DNA of 64,000 nucleotides, taken from positions 67,394,001 to 67,458,000 of the forward strand of contig OX597830.1 of NCBI GenBank assembly GCA_951406725.2, in the 5' to 3' direction. The notes under the pieces were generated by a model that saw only the letters and a program-made list of their open reading frames with translations, was not told where the DNA came from and did not search any database. The DNA is from Octopus vulgaris. Taxonomy: Eukaryota. Of the stretch, positions 1-13,559 are shown piece after piece (positions within the stretch are counted from its first letter, which is position 1; each line of letters opens with the position of its first letter). A program made the position numbers and the translations under genes.

Positions 1-653
1 CTTACGAGGGAGAGAACATAAAATAATATTTCTATATAATTCAATTTTCCACCTCATTTTTGAGTGTCCTAGTAGCTGGAAATAACATTATTTCGCTTTT
101 CTTTGAGCATCCCAATACATCATAACTTAGTATCATGAGGCCAGTTGGACTATGTTCATTTAAAACATTTAGGAATTATATACAGTCGATTTTCTTATTT
201 CCGTTTTCTTTCTTTTTTTCTTAAACGCTTAGCACTTAAGAAAAGAAGTGAAGAGATAGAAGCAGAGAAATAAAATCTCAGGGGTTTTCTCATAATAATT
301 TGGGAATATATTAAATTGTTACATTTCCAAACCCTACTCCCTTAGATCACCGGTATTATTTATGAAAAGCATAAAAATGGAGATCAACAGAAGACTAAAA
401 AAAGTTAAATCTGATTGGTGTTTGATATAACAGTATATCATTTCTGTTCAATTATTACTCTTAATACAGTAATGGTATAAATAATTTTAATAATCACACA
501 CATGTTTATGAGTGAAAGAGGTTAGGTTTTGTGATGCCGATTTGTTTCTCTTTTATATAAAGAACAAATTAAAGTGAATTAAGCAAAAGTTAAAACTGGT
601 TTGTGAACTCAGTGGGAAATCCACAGCATCTGCTAATAATGATCCTAATTATA

Positions 654-659
<6 letters not shown>

Positions 660-703
<44 letters not shown>
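660..703. repeat. (GA)n microsatellite
   Basis: Perfect GA run; a degenerate GA-rich counterpart lies at about 41945-42098. Confidence 0.95.
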
Positions 704-708
<5 letters not shown>

Positions 709-1244
709 GAAATTTTACTTTTCTGGCTGGGGACTTGATCTAATTTTATGTGAAGAAACTGAAATGAGTTCATCATAGATGATGAGTTATAACCACGACA
801 ACGTATATTGTTAGAAGTGTTTTCTTATATAATATTAAATATGAAGAAGTCTCAAAGGTTAAATCGAACATGCATTTTGGAAGTTTGAGATGAAGATCAA
901 AATGTCTAGCTTTATTGTTACTTAAAAATTCTATAAATGCCAGTTTCCCCTCTTTCCCAAGATGTTAGGGCGAAAGCAGTAATTAAAACATGAAATCCAA
1001 AATATGAGAAATCCTGGTCTTTGTGTTCCGCAGCAAATGTAAATCATAGAAAGAAAATATATGGAAAATTTAAAAGAAAGTCAGCGTATTTAGCCAATTG
1101 GAAATGAAAAAGATGGCAAACATTGAAGCAAAAGACATTTTATTGGAGAAAGATATCTTTTGCAATGAAAATGTGTTGCTGTGAAGATTTAATTTTGATG
1201 TAGGGGCATGTAAGAGAAACATTCTCCTCTTCCTCCTCCTCCTC

Positions 1245-1880
1245 ATCATCATCATCATCATTACTGTTTAACGTCCATCCTCCTTGCTGCTATGGGTTTG
1301 ACGGAGTGACAGGAGCTGGCCATCCAAGAAGCTCTCCAGACTCCAATTGTCTGTTTTTACATGGTTTCTAGGGCTGGATGCCCTTCCTAACGCCAACCAC
1401 TTTGCAGAGTGTGCTGGGTGCACTTTACGTGCCACCGGCACGGGTTCATTTTACATGGCACTAGAACCTGTAAATCACATGCCTGTGTATATGGATGACC
1501 GGGATATTACTTAGCGTGGTACGTCTTTTCAAGTACAGCAGATCATCACAACTCCCGGTCCCTTGATATTTCCTCAGTGTAGCCCAGTGTCTGAAGATAC
1601 TTTCTCACCATTTCGTCCCATCGCATCTTTCCCCGTGTATTCCATCCACAAGTTCTCTCCACAATTAGGGATCAGCTCTTCTTTATGCAACCGTCCTCAT
1701 CCACACGCAACACATGACCAAACCAGCGCAGTCTCTTCTCTTGCTCACAACATCTGATGCCTCTTAAATCATATAGTTTTCCTCTTAAATCATATACACT
1801 CTGACATCCAGCGGAGCATTCTAGCTTCGTTTCTTTCAAGTGTTCGCAAGTCATCTGTTGTCATAGCTCATATTCCACCG
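1245..1880 (-). mobile_element. RTE-clade LINE 3' fragment with (GAT)n tail
   Basis: Minus ORF GIRCCEQEKRLRWFGHVLRVDED is the RTE C-terminal RLRWFGHV motif. The 3' UTR (ggatgcccttcctaacgccaaccac) and (CAT)n run recur at 61830-62000. Confidence 0.75.
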
Positions 1881-2739
1881 CCAGTGGTTTCATTAAAATA
1901 AATCCAACAGTAATGGGGAATCTACAAAAAAAAAATTAACCTGAATATTGAAAAATGTTTCTGTCTTTAACTTTTTTGATGTACTACAATTTGCTGTTAA
2001 TGTTATTCTCGTTTTGTTTTTAAAAAGAAATATAATTCGTCTAATGTTGATTACGATACTATTTCCACTTTTTGCAAAAATTTCCGAGATGATAGTGACT
2101 TATACCTGTCATTCTGACACCTTTTCATTTTCATGGAAGTGAAGCATAATTTTGAAGGAAAGTAATTTTATGGAAACGAAATCATTAATCTGTAATCCTT
2201 GAACATTTTTCTGTTCAACTTTTATTAACTTTGGCAGCTGCTCTATTTATCTGCAAAAGACACAGGAGTAATACATATGCATAAAGTGACTGGCTTAATA
2301 TACCTGCAGCAGGATTAAATGAAGTATGTCTACATTGCTGCTATCAGTTCCAGCATTATTTATTCATTTTTTTAAAATTATTTTCTTTTGCTTCTATTCA
2401 GAATATATATTATACTCACACACAAAATATCTAAGAATGCCACAGAAAATTCAATTGACTGGATCTCAGACGAGTAAAATTTACAAAGAACAAAATGAAA
2501 ACATGCTGCTGTATTAGAAAAGACACAACACTGTGTAGAATTGTTATTTTCTTTGAAAAAAGAAAGCCTAGGGGCTAATAATGCAGAAATAGTATCAGAC
2601 GTTCCTTTTGAAGAACCAGCTGCATTCCTAAGTAGATCTGCAGAAAAGAGGAAGAACGTATTACCTCAAAACATTCAAGGTGAAGAATCCTCATGTCCTA
2701 CTGTCATGAATAGCAAAGTAGCATCATGGGATCCAGACA

Positions 2740-3560
2740 CAGTCATATGATTTTCTGTCAGAGAAAAGTATTTGTCCATGTTCTTTCAGGCAAAAATCAG
2801 CCATATGTTAAAATAAAAATGCCTCCGACACCTTCCCAGTATCTCGACACCATTATAAACCAAGTGAAGGCAAACTGGCTGGGCACTATCGTTGTTTAAA
2901 AAAATTAATGTTTTATACCATTCATGACAATGGTGAGCAGTTTTTTTAAAGATGTGACCCCTGTACAGCTCATCAGAGGGTAAGGTTTATTGTTTTTACT
3001 GCACTCTCCTGCAAGGTCAACATGACAGGTTTTCCAACAAGGAAGGCTTTACTGAAGTGAGAAAAGCAGAGGAGAAACTGAAAACAGAAGAACAAAGTCA
3101 AGCCCCATCTTTTATGCAGGGATCATCTCATGTTAACAAGGAGTTGGAAGAACAAGTCCAGGGAAACAAGAAATACTGGACTGAAGTATTGCATTCTTTC
3201 ATGTAGTGACTGTGACAATATTTCTAGTTGAGAGAGGTCTGGCATTTAGAGGTAGTGAAGAGATAGTTGGCTGAGAAATTTTCTGAGAATTATGGAACTT
3301 ATAGAACAATTTGATCCATTTCTTATGGGTCACTTGAAAACCTTTGGCAATACTGGAAGTGGTAAGCAGTCGTACTTATTACCTACCATCTACGAAGAAA
3401 TTGTTCTGTTGATGGCAAAACATATCAAGAATTATATTGTTGCAGATTTTAAAACTGCCAAGTATTTCCCTGTTTCTGTAGATCCAACACCAGAATGTTG
3501 CTCAGCTTTCAGTTATTGTGCGTTATGTTCTTTCAGGTAAGCCAATAGAAATTTTGAAAA
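2740..3560 (+). mobile_element. Degenerate hAT (ZMYM1/DUF4371-like) transposase remnant
   Basis: ELIEQFDPFLMGHLKTFGNTGSGKQSYLLPTIYEEIVLLMAK...AKYFPVSVDPTP, preceded by FLVERGLAFRG and a YCFYC motif; frameshifted. Confidence 0.8.
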
Positions 3561-4413
3561 CTGCAGGAGACAGTCTTATGACAATGCCAGTATTATGTCC
3601 GGTCATTTTGATGATTGATGGTATGGAATGCGGAATTGGTTGTAGGTATAAGATTTCTAGTAGAGGAGAACGGAGAGAGGGTGTTCCTGTTGAGATAGGG
3701 TGTTGATGTGTGTATCAGTGATACCTGGATAAGGTGGTCAGAGACCATCCAGCAGAGGCTATTGTAGTAGCGGTAGAAAAGGCAGAGAAGACACAGCACA
3801 GTATGGGTCAGAATTTGGTGTGTATTTGTAAGTGACTTCGTGCCAGTCTCTGAATATGGCCTTATCATACCTCAGATGTGGAATGGTGAAACCCATTTTC
3901 TTAATTTATTTTGACGGCAACATATTTCTTATTTTTCCTTTTCAGTTTATTTAAAAGTAATCATTATTTGATTCAACTAAATTAAAATTTATTTATTTAT
4001 TTCCGTGTATGGATTTATGTATCTATGTCGGTGATATTTGTATCTTTCATTGGAGTTGTTCTTTATCTCTTGATTTTGTCATTTTTCCTCTTCTACCTTC
4101 CCCATCACAACTTTACTTCAACAGTTCATTTGGTTTCTGTTTGTCTTTGATAGAAATTCTAAAGATGAGGAGCCATCAAAACCCTGTGATGCATTTGGTA
4201 AAATAAAGTTTACAGGACATAATCAGGAAAATGCAACGGTATTCTTTTTGCTTGCTTTTTATTGATGTTGTTTGTAGAAATTATCCAATAATCAGCTGAA
4301 TATTTTGTCCTTGGATTTGTATAGCAGCAACATTTTACATGCTTTTTGTGAATATTTTTACATATCGTTTCTTTTTTTTGTATAGTTGGCTGTTATTTTC
4401 TATATTGGTGTGT

Positions 4414-4485
<72 letters not shown>

Positions 4486-4499
4486 ATTGATAATAGTGA

Positions 4500-5800
4500 T
4501 TCTGGGAGGTAAAAAATAACTTGAAAGTGTTATCATTTAAGGTTACTATATGTGGAGATAACATGGAAGAAAGATCTTTCCAACAGAATGACTAGTCATT
4601 CTAGCTGGTAGCAATATGATAGATAGGGCCCTGAAGAATATTAAAGCAGGAGAAATCCCATTAGCAATTACTATTATAAGGTTTAAAATACTTGGCACTG
4701 TGGGATATGGCTTAGTTACTTGTATAGTCAATCAGATTATACAGGAAAGTGGTATACCTAGTGACTGGCATTACAGCATTACAACAATTGTTACAAGCAT
4801 AAAGGAGATGCTATAGAAAGGTAATCACAGGAGTATCAAATTGCTGGACAAGGACACGAAAGTTATGGGAACAACTACAGCTCAAGCAATTACAGAAAAA
4901 GACGAGACGAGATAAAGTTCGGTTCTGTGCAATAGATAAGTATTAAAAAATCCATGTTTTGGGGAAGTGACTGCAGATGTATTTGGGTAAGAGTAAGCTG
5001 CTCTACTTAGCATTCATTGATCTGCAGAAAACGTTTCACAGAGTTCCTTACTCTGAAAAGGTGAGGTCAAAGAAGAAGCTAGCAGCAGAAGAATAGCTTA
5101 TGACAGCCACACAAACCCTATACAGAGATACTATTAGAAATTCCATGCGGTATACTTAGTGCAAACTATAGAAACACAAGAGTTGCCGTAGTATCACAGA
5201 CAGTTTAACAGAGAAAGTAGACTCCATATGCAGTTGATGCACACTAGCAAAGAAATTCTAAATGTGCATAGGAAATAGATTTTCTGAAATGCTCAGGAAG
5301 ATCCCTAAACAAAAAAGATAGTTTCTATTACCCATCAGTGGAGAGGTTGTTCTGAAGTTATAGCTACTAAAATAAAAACAGGCTGGAGAAATTTCAAGAG
5401 GTTTTTCCCTCTGTTGGTAACAAAATGCTTCCCTATCAGAATGAAAAACTGATTGTATGATGCTATATACAAACAACAGTGCTACATAGTAATAAGATGT
5501 GGGCTCTAAATGCAGTGGACATGTGAAAACCTACGTACTCCGTTGGATGTGAAAAATCTGTGTATATGAACAACAAAGTACAAATGTATTTAAGAGAAAA
5601 GTTAGGCATAAGAGGAATCATATGCGTTCGAGGGAGAAGACTATGTTGATATGACCATATGATGGTTATGAAAGAGGCTAGCTGTATAACGACATGCTGA
5701 TCATTGTAAATGGTTGGCTCTTGTGGAAAAGATAACGTAGAACTAAGTAGTGAAAGCTGATTTCAGAATTTTGAATCCGAAAGAGATGACAAAATATTGG
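4500..5800 (+). mobile_element. Degenerate RTE-type LINE reverse transcriptase remnant
   Basis: IDRALKNIKAG...GIPSDW...KGDA...RSIKLL and later YLAFIDL; many stops. A homologous copy at about 44560-45190 shows it predates the duplication. Confidence 0.7.
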
Positions 5801-5809
5801 GACGAAGAG

Positions 5810-7250
5810 GTGCTCTTCACTGGATCCCCTATTTTCACTCTCTCCAAGACGTCTTGCATCATGGCAACTCTCTTCTAACTCATTCTTTCAGCTTCACTTC
5901 CTCAGATCGCCTCTTGATGCAGCTTCATGCACTTTGGAGCCATCCTGTTATAGGATAGTGCTCTACCAGTTTTCCGCATATTGAGAGCAGTTCTAACCTA
6001 CTCATGTGCTCGCTCAGATCTCAAATCCCATTTCCTCTCTAAAATACGGGTCTGCCCACCTTACCTCTTTCGTGTTTGAGCCTCAGCGCAATGCCTCCTA
6101 TAGCCTCGGTGGTTTGCAGTCAACTCACACCACCTCAAATGACCCACAATTTACTCTACCAACTGCACATACTAATCTATCCAGAATGCGATATGTGTAG
6201 GAACTCGTAGCCTGTGCTACCTTGGTCATCAAGATCGTTCTAAGAACCTTCGCCATGATTTTTGGTTCTGCACTGAAACCGAATGCCAGTCGGATCAGGA
6301 AATATATTCTGTTCTTGTACCTCACCAGATAGTACCACCACTATTTCTCAGAGCTGTAGATATACCGACTTAACATCGACGATCGTAGTCGTTACTTTTG
6401 TCAGCCCCTGTCCCGCAAAATTTCACCGCCCTAAAAGCATTATACGTGCTCATTCAACTCCCAAAAATCTAGCAATGGTTAGACTTTATTCTTTATCGGC
6501 TGGATCCTAACACACTAGTGGGAGGACTCCATTCTTCATTTCCTTTCTGCACTGTGGTAAAATGCCTTATTTTCTCCGTCTGTCCAGCCATGTTGCCTTG
6601 GCATCTTGTTAACAGGAACGACAAAGTGTTCACTGCCAATATAGACAAAATTACCGATAGAATATCGCCCTGGAATGTGCCTGTTGATAGCTTAATCCTG
6701 TTTGTACCAATAGGTGTTGCATTCATAGTTGTCAGTGATAACTGTGTAGACCACGTTGTGGTCATCCATGAGTGAGCACCGATTCAAACACCTTCTTGCA
6801 GTCTAGCCATATTGTTAAGATGTTACAACGATGTTGCTTAACTTCTTTCAGGGCATCTTTGTTAAAGAGGCCCTGTCCAGTACAGCTGCAAACCCCTTTC
6901 TTTCCCCTGCCACTTCGTGAGTTATCACACCATTTGTTTGACAATGGTCCTGGGGAGATTTATTCAGGCAACCTGCGTAAAGTTCAAGCCTATAGTTTTT
7001 GGTCACATTGGACTCTTCGTTCTTGCGGGCAGTCGTATTCCGTGCGAACGTCAGCCAATCTGGTATATCTAGCTCTGCATTCGTTCTTTTTTGCAGCAAG
7101 GCCATGAGAATTTCTCTGAAGAATGTGAGATTTCTGTACCTGTAGCATGTTACCAGGTCTCTCCCAGATGGTTTTCCTTTCGGCAGTTACATAATAACCA
7201 TCAGTTAATTTCTTCTTGTATAGGTGTGTTTTTGATCTCGTCATTATGTA
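5810..7250 (-). mobile_element. Degenerate R4/Dong-like non-LTR retrotransposon RT
   Basis: Minus fragments IPDWLTFAR..KN..NYR, IWLDCKKVFESV and IKLSTGTFQGDILSVILSILAVNTLSFLL. Confidence 0.7.
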
Positions 7251-8717
7251 GTAGTAAAAGGATAGAGATAGGGTAATGTTGTAGAAAACAAAATTGAGAT
7301 AGTGAATGTCAGAGAGTAGTGGGAAGTTGTATGTCTCATATTGTTTTCTTTCTCCCTCTGGCCATTTGTCTCAAGTGGCTGTCTGCCGGTGGCCATCTCT
7401 AGTTGCCTCCGTTCACTAACTGATATTTCCTTAGCAAATTCTAGTATTTATAACTATACAAAACTAGTTAGAAAGATAGCTATGCTGCAAAGACAATGGA
7501 TATACTTTGAGGGGTTGACTGTTATCTCAATTCAACTCCCCATCGCATACAAAAGGTTAGAAGAGTCAAGTGGCAAAGACATAATTCAACTTAGCAAAAG
7601 CCATGTGTTCATTTTATTGCTGTCAACTTAATGTCTCTTTATGACAAAAGTGCTGTTGAAATGTGAAAGGAAATTTGTCGATTCAGGTTCGAATCTACTC
7701 TATGCCTAAATGAAGTCCACTACAATAATATCACTGATCATACTGCGATATAGAGTTTGTGGGTTTCGGGAAAATTGTGTGCAATTTTTTACAATAGCAG
7801 CGTTGTTCATTTACTGCTCGTAAATCGTGTTTGAGGGTGACCAGTTGGCTTGTGAGTGTTTCTCGATGACAATTCTCATACCATTTGGAGAATCTATCAT
7901 GCTGTTGTAGCTAGTGATTTGTGAAGTCATTTTTAGCTTTGGATTTCATAATAAAATCCAACTGTTCTATTTTTTCTATCTCCATTATGTTATTGGGGTG
8001 CGGTGAGTTAATCCATTTTGGATTATCATTATCCTTTGGATCAGTCTCTTTGGATCAGCCATATGTGGAAACAAAGTTACTGCGGCAACATATAGCAGGA
8101 TATTTTTTTGTCCAAAAGCAAGGAGCTTGAATTTGAGTTACTTGTTCTCTTACAAATTCGTCACTCGTAGATTACATCATGTCAGTGGTGCTTTTCCAAA
8201 CTCTTGTCGGTATTGTTATCCCTTGCAGTACCTTATGCATATAAGACGTGAAGTTCTGCTTGAACTCGATGTAAGCTGCGATTTTAGTATTCGATGCCAT
8301 AATGTGTGTGTGTATATATGTATGTATGTATGTTTGTATGTACGTATGTATGTATGTATGAATTATGTGTCTGTGTATGAATATATGTGTGTATGTACTG
8401 ATGTGCGTGCGTACACATACGCACGCATGCACACACGCTTGCATGCGTACAACTTGGGTAATAGTCTATTTTACTCTTGTGATGTTATGAATTATATTAA
8501 ACTGGAGTGAATTTTACTAATTCTTAGCTGCATATGACATTGATATTCGAAATTTACTCTGTTGTGACGGAATGATTGAAAAAAGTATTACAAAACAGGA
8601 GAGAGATAACATAATATTTTCTTGTAAAGAATTGTTTAAAGAAATCACTAATTCTAAGTTTTATATTTATGGCTAAACTCTATGTATGATAGAAAAATTC
8701 AAAAGTGTTGCAATATA

Positions 8718-8882
8718 GGCGTAGGAGTGGCTGTGTGGTAAGTAGCTTGCTTACCAACCACTTGGTTCCGGGTTCAGTCCCACTGCGTGGCACCTTGGGC
8801 AAATGTCTTCTGCTATAGCCCCGGGCCGACCAATGCCATGTGAGTGGATTTGGTAGACGGAAACTGAAAGAAGCCTGTCGTA

Positions 8883-8968
<86 letters not shown>

Positions 8969-9168
8969 CTGTGTTTGTCCCCCTAGCATTGCTTGACAAC
9001 CGATGCTGGTGTGTTTACGTCCCCGTCACTTAGCGGTTCGGCAAAAAGAGACCGATAGAATAAGTACTGGGATTACAAAGAATAAGTCCCGGGGTCGATT
9101 TGCTCGACTAAAGGCGGTGCTCCAGCATGGCCGCAGTCAAATGACTGAAACAAGTAAAAGAGTAAGAG
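8718..9168 (+). mobile_element. tRNA-derived octopus-type SINE with internal (TA)n(GT)n
   Basis: Pol III A box (tggctgtgtggt) and B box (ggttcagtccc), internal microsatellite at 8880-8966, tail ...ggcggtgctccagcatggccgc...aagtaaaagag. Confidence 0.85.
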
Positions 9169-9457
9169 TATAGAAGATATTTAACATAAGATATTAAACA
9201 TATTATAATAAGTAATTATTACAATAACATCTGTGGATAATATTCATTGAAATTGTTGCTTGAATTTTCTTGATTTCATCTGTGACAGGAGAAACCTCTA
9301 ACTTTTCAAATATTTATTGTTAGTTCTCTATATTATGGATACAAGCAATAACTCTGCACAATAAATTTATTCACCAAATTATCAGTAACTGAATTTTTTT
9401 TCCATTTTATTAAACATTAGGTTACATTAATACAATGTTTCTTTTTTCTACATATAG

Positions 9458-9635
9458 TTTGTTCGTGTGGATCACCAAACCCCTATGGAGATTATGATGT
9501 GTTTGATAAGATCTACATGGAATATTCGTTTACCAAGTTTGCTTATTTCTGTGATTGGGGGAAGAGAAGACATTCAGTTGAACCCACATGATGAAGCTGT
9601 TGGGCGTGGTTTATACAAAGCAGCAAGAACCATAG
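9458..9635 (+). CDS. TRPM: TRPM-like channel N-terminal MHR1/2 (SLOG) exon A, cassette 1
   Basis: Polypyrimidine tract and AG at 9456-57, GT at 9636. Reads FVRVDHQTPMEIMMCLIRSTWNIRLPSLLISVIGGREDIQLNPHDEAVGRGLYKAARTI, matching the TRPM motif YVRV...W...PxLLISVxGG...GLxKxAxT. Phase 0 to 1. Confidence 0.9.
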
Positions 9636-9649
9636 GTATAAAGTTTTAT

Positions 9650-9706
<57 letters not shown>

Positions 9707-9709
<3 letters not shown>

Positions 9710-10690
9710 TGCAGAATATGTGGGAAGAGAATGTGTCAAAGTGTGACTCACATTGTTAGTGCTTGTGAAAGTCTTGCACAGAAAGAGTACAAGCATAGAT
9801 ATGACAAAGTAGCCCATAGCCTCCACTGCTGGAGCACATGACCTAGTGGTTAGAACAGCGGACTTGCGGTCGAGGGATCGAAGGTTCGAATCTCAGACTG
9901 GGCGATGTGTGTGTTTATGAGCAAAACACCTAAGCTCCACGCGACTCCGGCAGAAGGTAATGACGAACCTCTGCTGACTCTTTCGCCACAACTTTCTCTC
10001 GCTCTTTCCTCCTGCATCTTGCAGCTCATCTGCGATGGACCGGCGTCCTGTCCAGGTGGGGAACCTATACAACAAGGAAACCGGGAAACCGGCCCTTATG
10101 AACCAGGCATGGCTCGAAAAAGGAACAAACAAAATAGCCTCCACTGGCTACTATGTCATAAGTAAGGATATGAGGCTACGGGTGCTTGGTGCCAACATAC
10201 ACCAGAAAAGGTAATGGACGATAAGGGGAACTCTGATTTGCAGACAGACAAGGTGTTACAGCACTGAAGGCCGGATATAGGAAGGACAAACAAGAGTGCT
10301 TAATAATCGACGTAGCAGTGCCAAGAGATCAACACATCATCATGAAAAAAAGAGAAAAAGTTGATAAATATGGAGACCTGAGAATTGATATCGCTAAGAT
10401 GTGGCAGCTATGAGAGTCAAACATAAAGGTTACTCCTGTTGTCAAAAAATATCTGAAAAAAATTTAAATACCCAACAATCTCAGTGTATTGCAAAAGTCG
10501 GCATTACTTGGAAATGGATGTATATTGCGTAAAGTACTGTCTGTCTGAGGTCCTTGTTGTGACTTGACAAACAGTGTCATTATTTTAATAGCCTACCAAT
10601 GTATACAGTGCGTTTCTCTGCTCTGAGAATCAGGAAGAAACTCGGCAAGAAATGGAAACAGAATTGAAAGAAGATGATAATAATAATAGC
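9707..10690 (+). mobile_element. R4/Dong-type LINE 3' fragment (CCHC knuckle plus restriction-like endonuclease) next to (TAA)n
   Basis: CRICGK..SVTHIVSACESLAQKEYKHRYDKVAHSLHW, RPDI...IIDVAVP...EKVDKY. Begins right after (AAT)n at 9651-9707 and ends in an AAT-rich tail. Confidence 0.85.
9829..10133 (+). mobile_element. tRNA-derived SINE nested in the R4-type LINE, with a 13-bp TSD
   Basis: A box tgacctagtggtta, B box ggttcgaatc, (AAAC) tail; TSD atagcctccactg at 9816-9828 and 10134-10146. Confidence 0.9.
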
Positions 10691-10898
10691 AATAATAAAA
10701 GTAATAACAATCCTTTCCACAGTAGGCACAAGGCCTGACATCTTGAGGGAAGGGACTAGCCTGTTACATCAAGCCCAGTGTTTCACTGGTATTTAATTAA
10801 TCCACCCCGAAACAATGAAAGGCAAAGTCGACCCCGGCAAAATTTGAAATCAGAACATAAATACGGACCAAATGCCGCTATGCAGTCAGCTCGATGTC

Positions 10899-10963
<65 letters not shown>

Positions 10964-10965
<2 letters not shown>

Positions 10966-11320
10966 GTAGGAGGGTGGTGTCATCAAAACTGAAAAATCGT
11001 GTAACGAAAGAAAAATTTAAAGAAGAAATGAATAAGAAAAAGCATGGAATGAAAAACTGTACGGTCAGTTTCCAGAGATATGAACGCCAAGACAGATACA
11101 GAGGACCGGTGGCTGTGGATGAGGAGGATTGACCTGAAAATAGAGACAGAAGCACTCATGTTTGCAGCTCAAGAACATGCGTTAAGGACCAAGTATGTGA
11201 GAAGTGCAGAATAGACAGCACCATCGACAGTGAGAAACGTAGAATGTGTGGTGAGTGGGGTGAAACAGTATGGCACATCGTTAGCAAAAGCCCGAAATTG
11301 TCACAACACGAATACAAAAT
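10964..11320 (+). mobile_element. R4/Dong-type LINE fragment next to (TAA)n
   Basis: Follows (AAT)n at 10900-10963; contains LKIETEALMFAAQEHALRT and MCGEWGETVWHIVSKSPKLSQHEYK. Confidence 0.75.
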
Positions 11321-12894
11321 CAATTACTTCTTCAATTACTTGTTTAATGTCATCAATTACTTCTTCAACAATAAATTTAGTGTTGCTCTTCTGAACAACA
11401 GTGACGTTGATGAAGGGCGTACGTATCTGAGCGTGTGACTGTTGGTCAATTTGTCAGTTGTTTTTTTTTTTGTTTTCGTGTTTTTTTTGCGGTTGTGAAC
11501 GTGTTTTAAAAATTGGTTTCCTTGTGATGAAGGTGTTGATGTTGGCGTTGATTTGTTTTTTAATCAGTGTTGTGACGGATTTTGATGTTTACAGTCATGT
11601 CTTAGGGCCTTCAATTTGGACTGGTCTCCGTTTGCTTCAGATTCAGTTTTTTTTTTCTCTTATCTGCGACAAAGACTTTTTGGTGCGATGTCAATGAAGC
11701 CTTTGCTTTTAAGAGGACTTAGTAGGACGAAGGAGTCATATGTGAGATAATAGCTTTGTTCATACCTTGAAGAGTTGGTAATAACAGCGGAGATATTCGT
11801 GCTTATTCCTCTACGGGGCAAAAGGCTTTGAGGTGGTTCGTATACACACACCTAGAACACTTCATTTCTTTCGCTTCTATATAAACGGGCATCTGTTCGC
11901 ATTTCCCGGCACAGAAAAATCATGAGTAAGATTTATTTCCTATGAAGAAACTAATATCTGGAATTGCATCAGATTTCCATATCTATTGAGTTGTAAGGTG
12001 GACTTCACCTTCACCATCTCCCCATGCTCCTCCTAAATCTCTCGCCGGATCACGGTGAATCGGTTCTTGACTCGAATACGAGTCAACCATTTATTCATGT
12101 AACGGGAATCATCACAAAAGCTTGGAACGTGCAGGCTATAGTAACCATTTTTCTGGCTTCTTGCTCAGTGCTACATATAACAGCTAACGTCCCGTAGTGC
12201 ATACTGTTGCATATGTGTAGTATTGGGGGTGGAGGCACAGTTCTTGCAGTCGTCTTTTGGTCTCTGCCGGAGTAGGAAATTTAAGTTTCCTCTCTTTGCG
12301 AGAAACACATTGGCAGACAATTCTTTGTCGCTCGGTAGGTTTTCTTTTTAATCCTCACTGGTTGCGAAATGTCACTTTGTTATTGCTGTGCTTTATTTTT
12401 CAAATCTTCAACCGAATGGACGGTCCACTAGATTACTGCTCCCAAAAAAGATAAAGCGTTGTTGTGAGACCTTATGTTATTGTGTTGCTGTTGTTTTTTT
12501 ACACAGTTGCCATTGGCAGATGTATTGGTCTTTTTGTTATTGCTGTTGTTTTCAATGTGGTTGTTTATGTTACTGTTGTTATTATCAATCTTGTTCATGC
12601 TGCTGATGTTGTTGTTGTTGATATAGTTACTATTATTGTTGTTTCTGCCGCTTGTGCTGCTGCTGCTGTTTCTTTGTTTGTTTGTTGAGCGAAGCGGTCT
12701 TCGTCCTGTAGTGGGAGAAGTCCGAAACGTAGTCCTTTGCTATTCGTAAGACCCGCAGAAGAAAAAGCAGGTCAACTCCCGACACCGAGAGCATCGACGG
12801 ATGGATGAATGTGCATCCAGGCTCAGCAGTTGCGTAGGAAGTCGGGGACAAGAAACAGGAAGAAAGAGTGAGAGAAAGTTGGAGCGAAAGAGTA

Positions 12895-13487
12895 TGTAGT
12901 GATCCTACAACGGCGCGCGCTCGCGCACCGTCCATTTGTATTTCGCGCGTGTTGGTGCCTTCACCAAGGCACAGAAAGGAAGGGCCCTCTCGCGCATGTG
13001 CGAAGCACCGGAAGAACCCTTTGCCAAGGCAAGGGGGTCGTAGAACGTTTGACCGCTAGCAGCAGTCAGGGGTGACTTGGGACCCAGCGATTGAAGGCGA
13101 CGTCACGCGATATATTTTCTCTCCGTTCGAACTAGCTTCTAGCAGTCCTTACCAAAAAGGGCTTTAACCAAAATTGTTGCAGACCAACATCGTCTCCATT
13201 GTTCGACGCCATCTTGAATCCGTTTCTGTTTTTGCGGCTGAATATTGTAAATATTACAATCGATTAACTTTCAGCCTTGCGCGCCCAGAACCAAGGACAT
13301 CAGATAACACACTTATTGTTATTGTTACCAAGAAAGAGAATAAAGTAGTTATATATATTTTACGTCTGCGTCTTGTTGTTTCTGACTGGTAGAATTCTGG
13401 ATTATTAAAGCAACGGCTAGTGAGTGATTGCTTTCTTGTACCCCGAAAGTACAAGACAAGATATTCGCTCACACTAGGTTCGTTACA
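12895..13487. mobile_element. Solo LTR (593 bp) inserted into a minus-strand SINE-like element
   Basis: TGTAG...TTACA termini with an imperfect 12-bp inverted repeat; 4-bp TSD agta (12891-94 and 13488-91); AATAAA near 13339; CpG-rich. Confidence 0.85.
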
Positions 13488-13559
13488 AGTACAACAGGCG
13501 TTTCAGAGTTTTTATTTTCCAGATGATACCCGTTAATCCTGTTGTAGCTCTTATCCTAT

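Noticed and set aside
7440-7720. Merlin/IS1595-like transposase remnant
   Set aside because: Only a faint QWI-FxG-like trace; too degraded to call.
8718-9900. tRNA genes at 8718 and 9829
   Set aside because: The A/B boxes are SINE heads continuing into a SINE body and tail, one with a TSD; no full cloverleaf.
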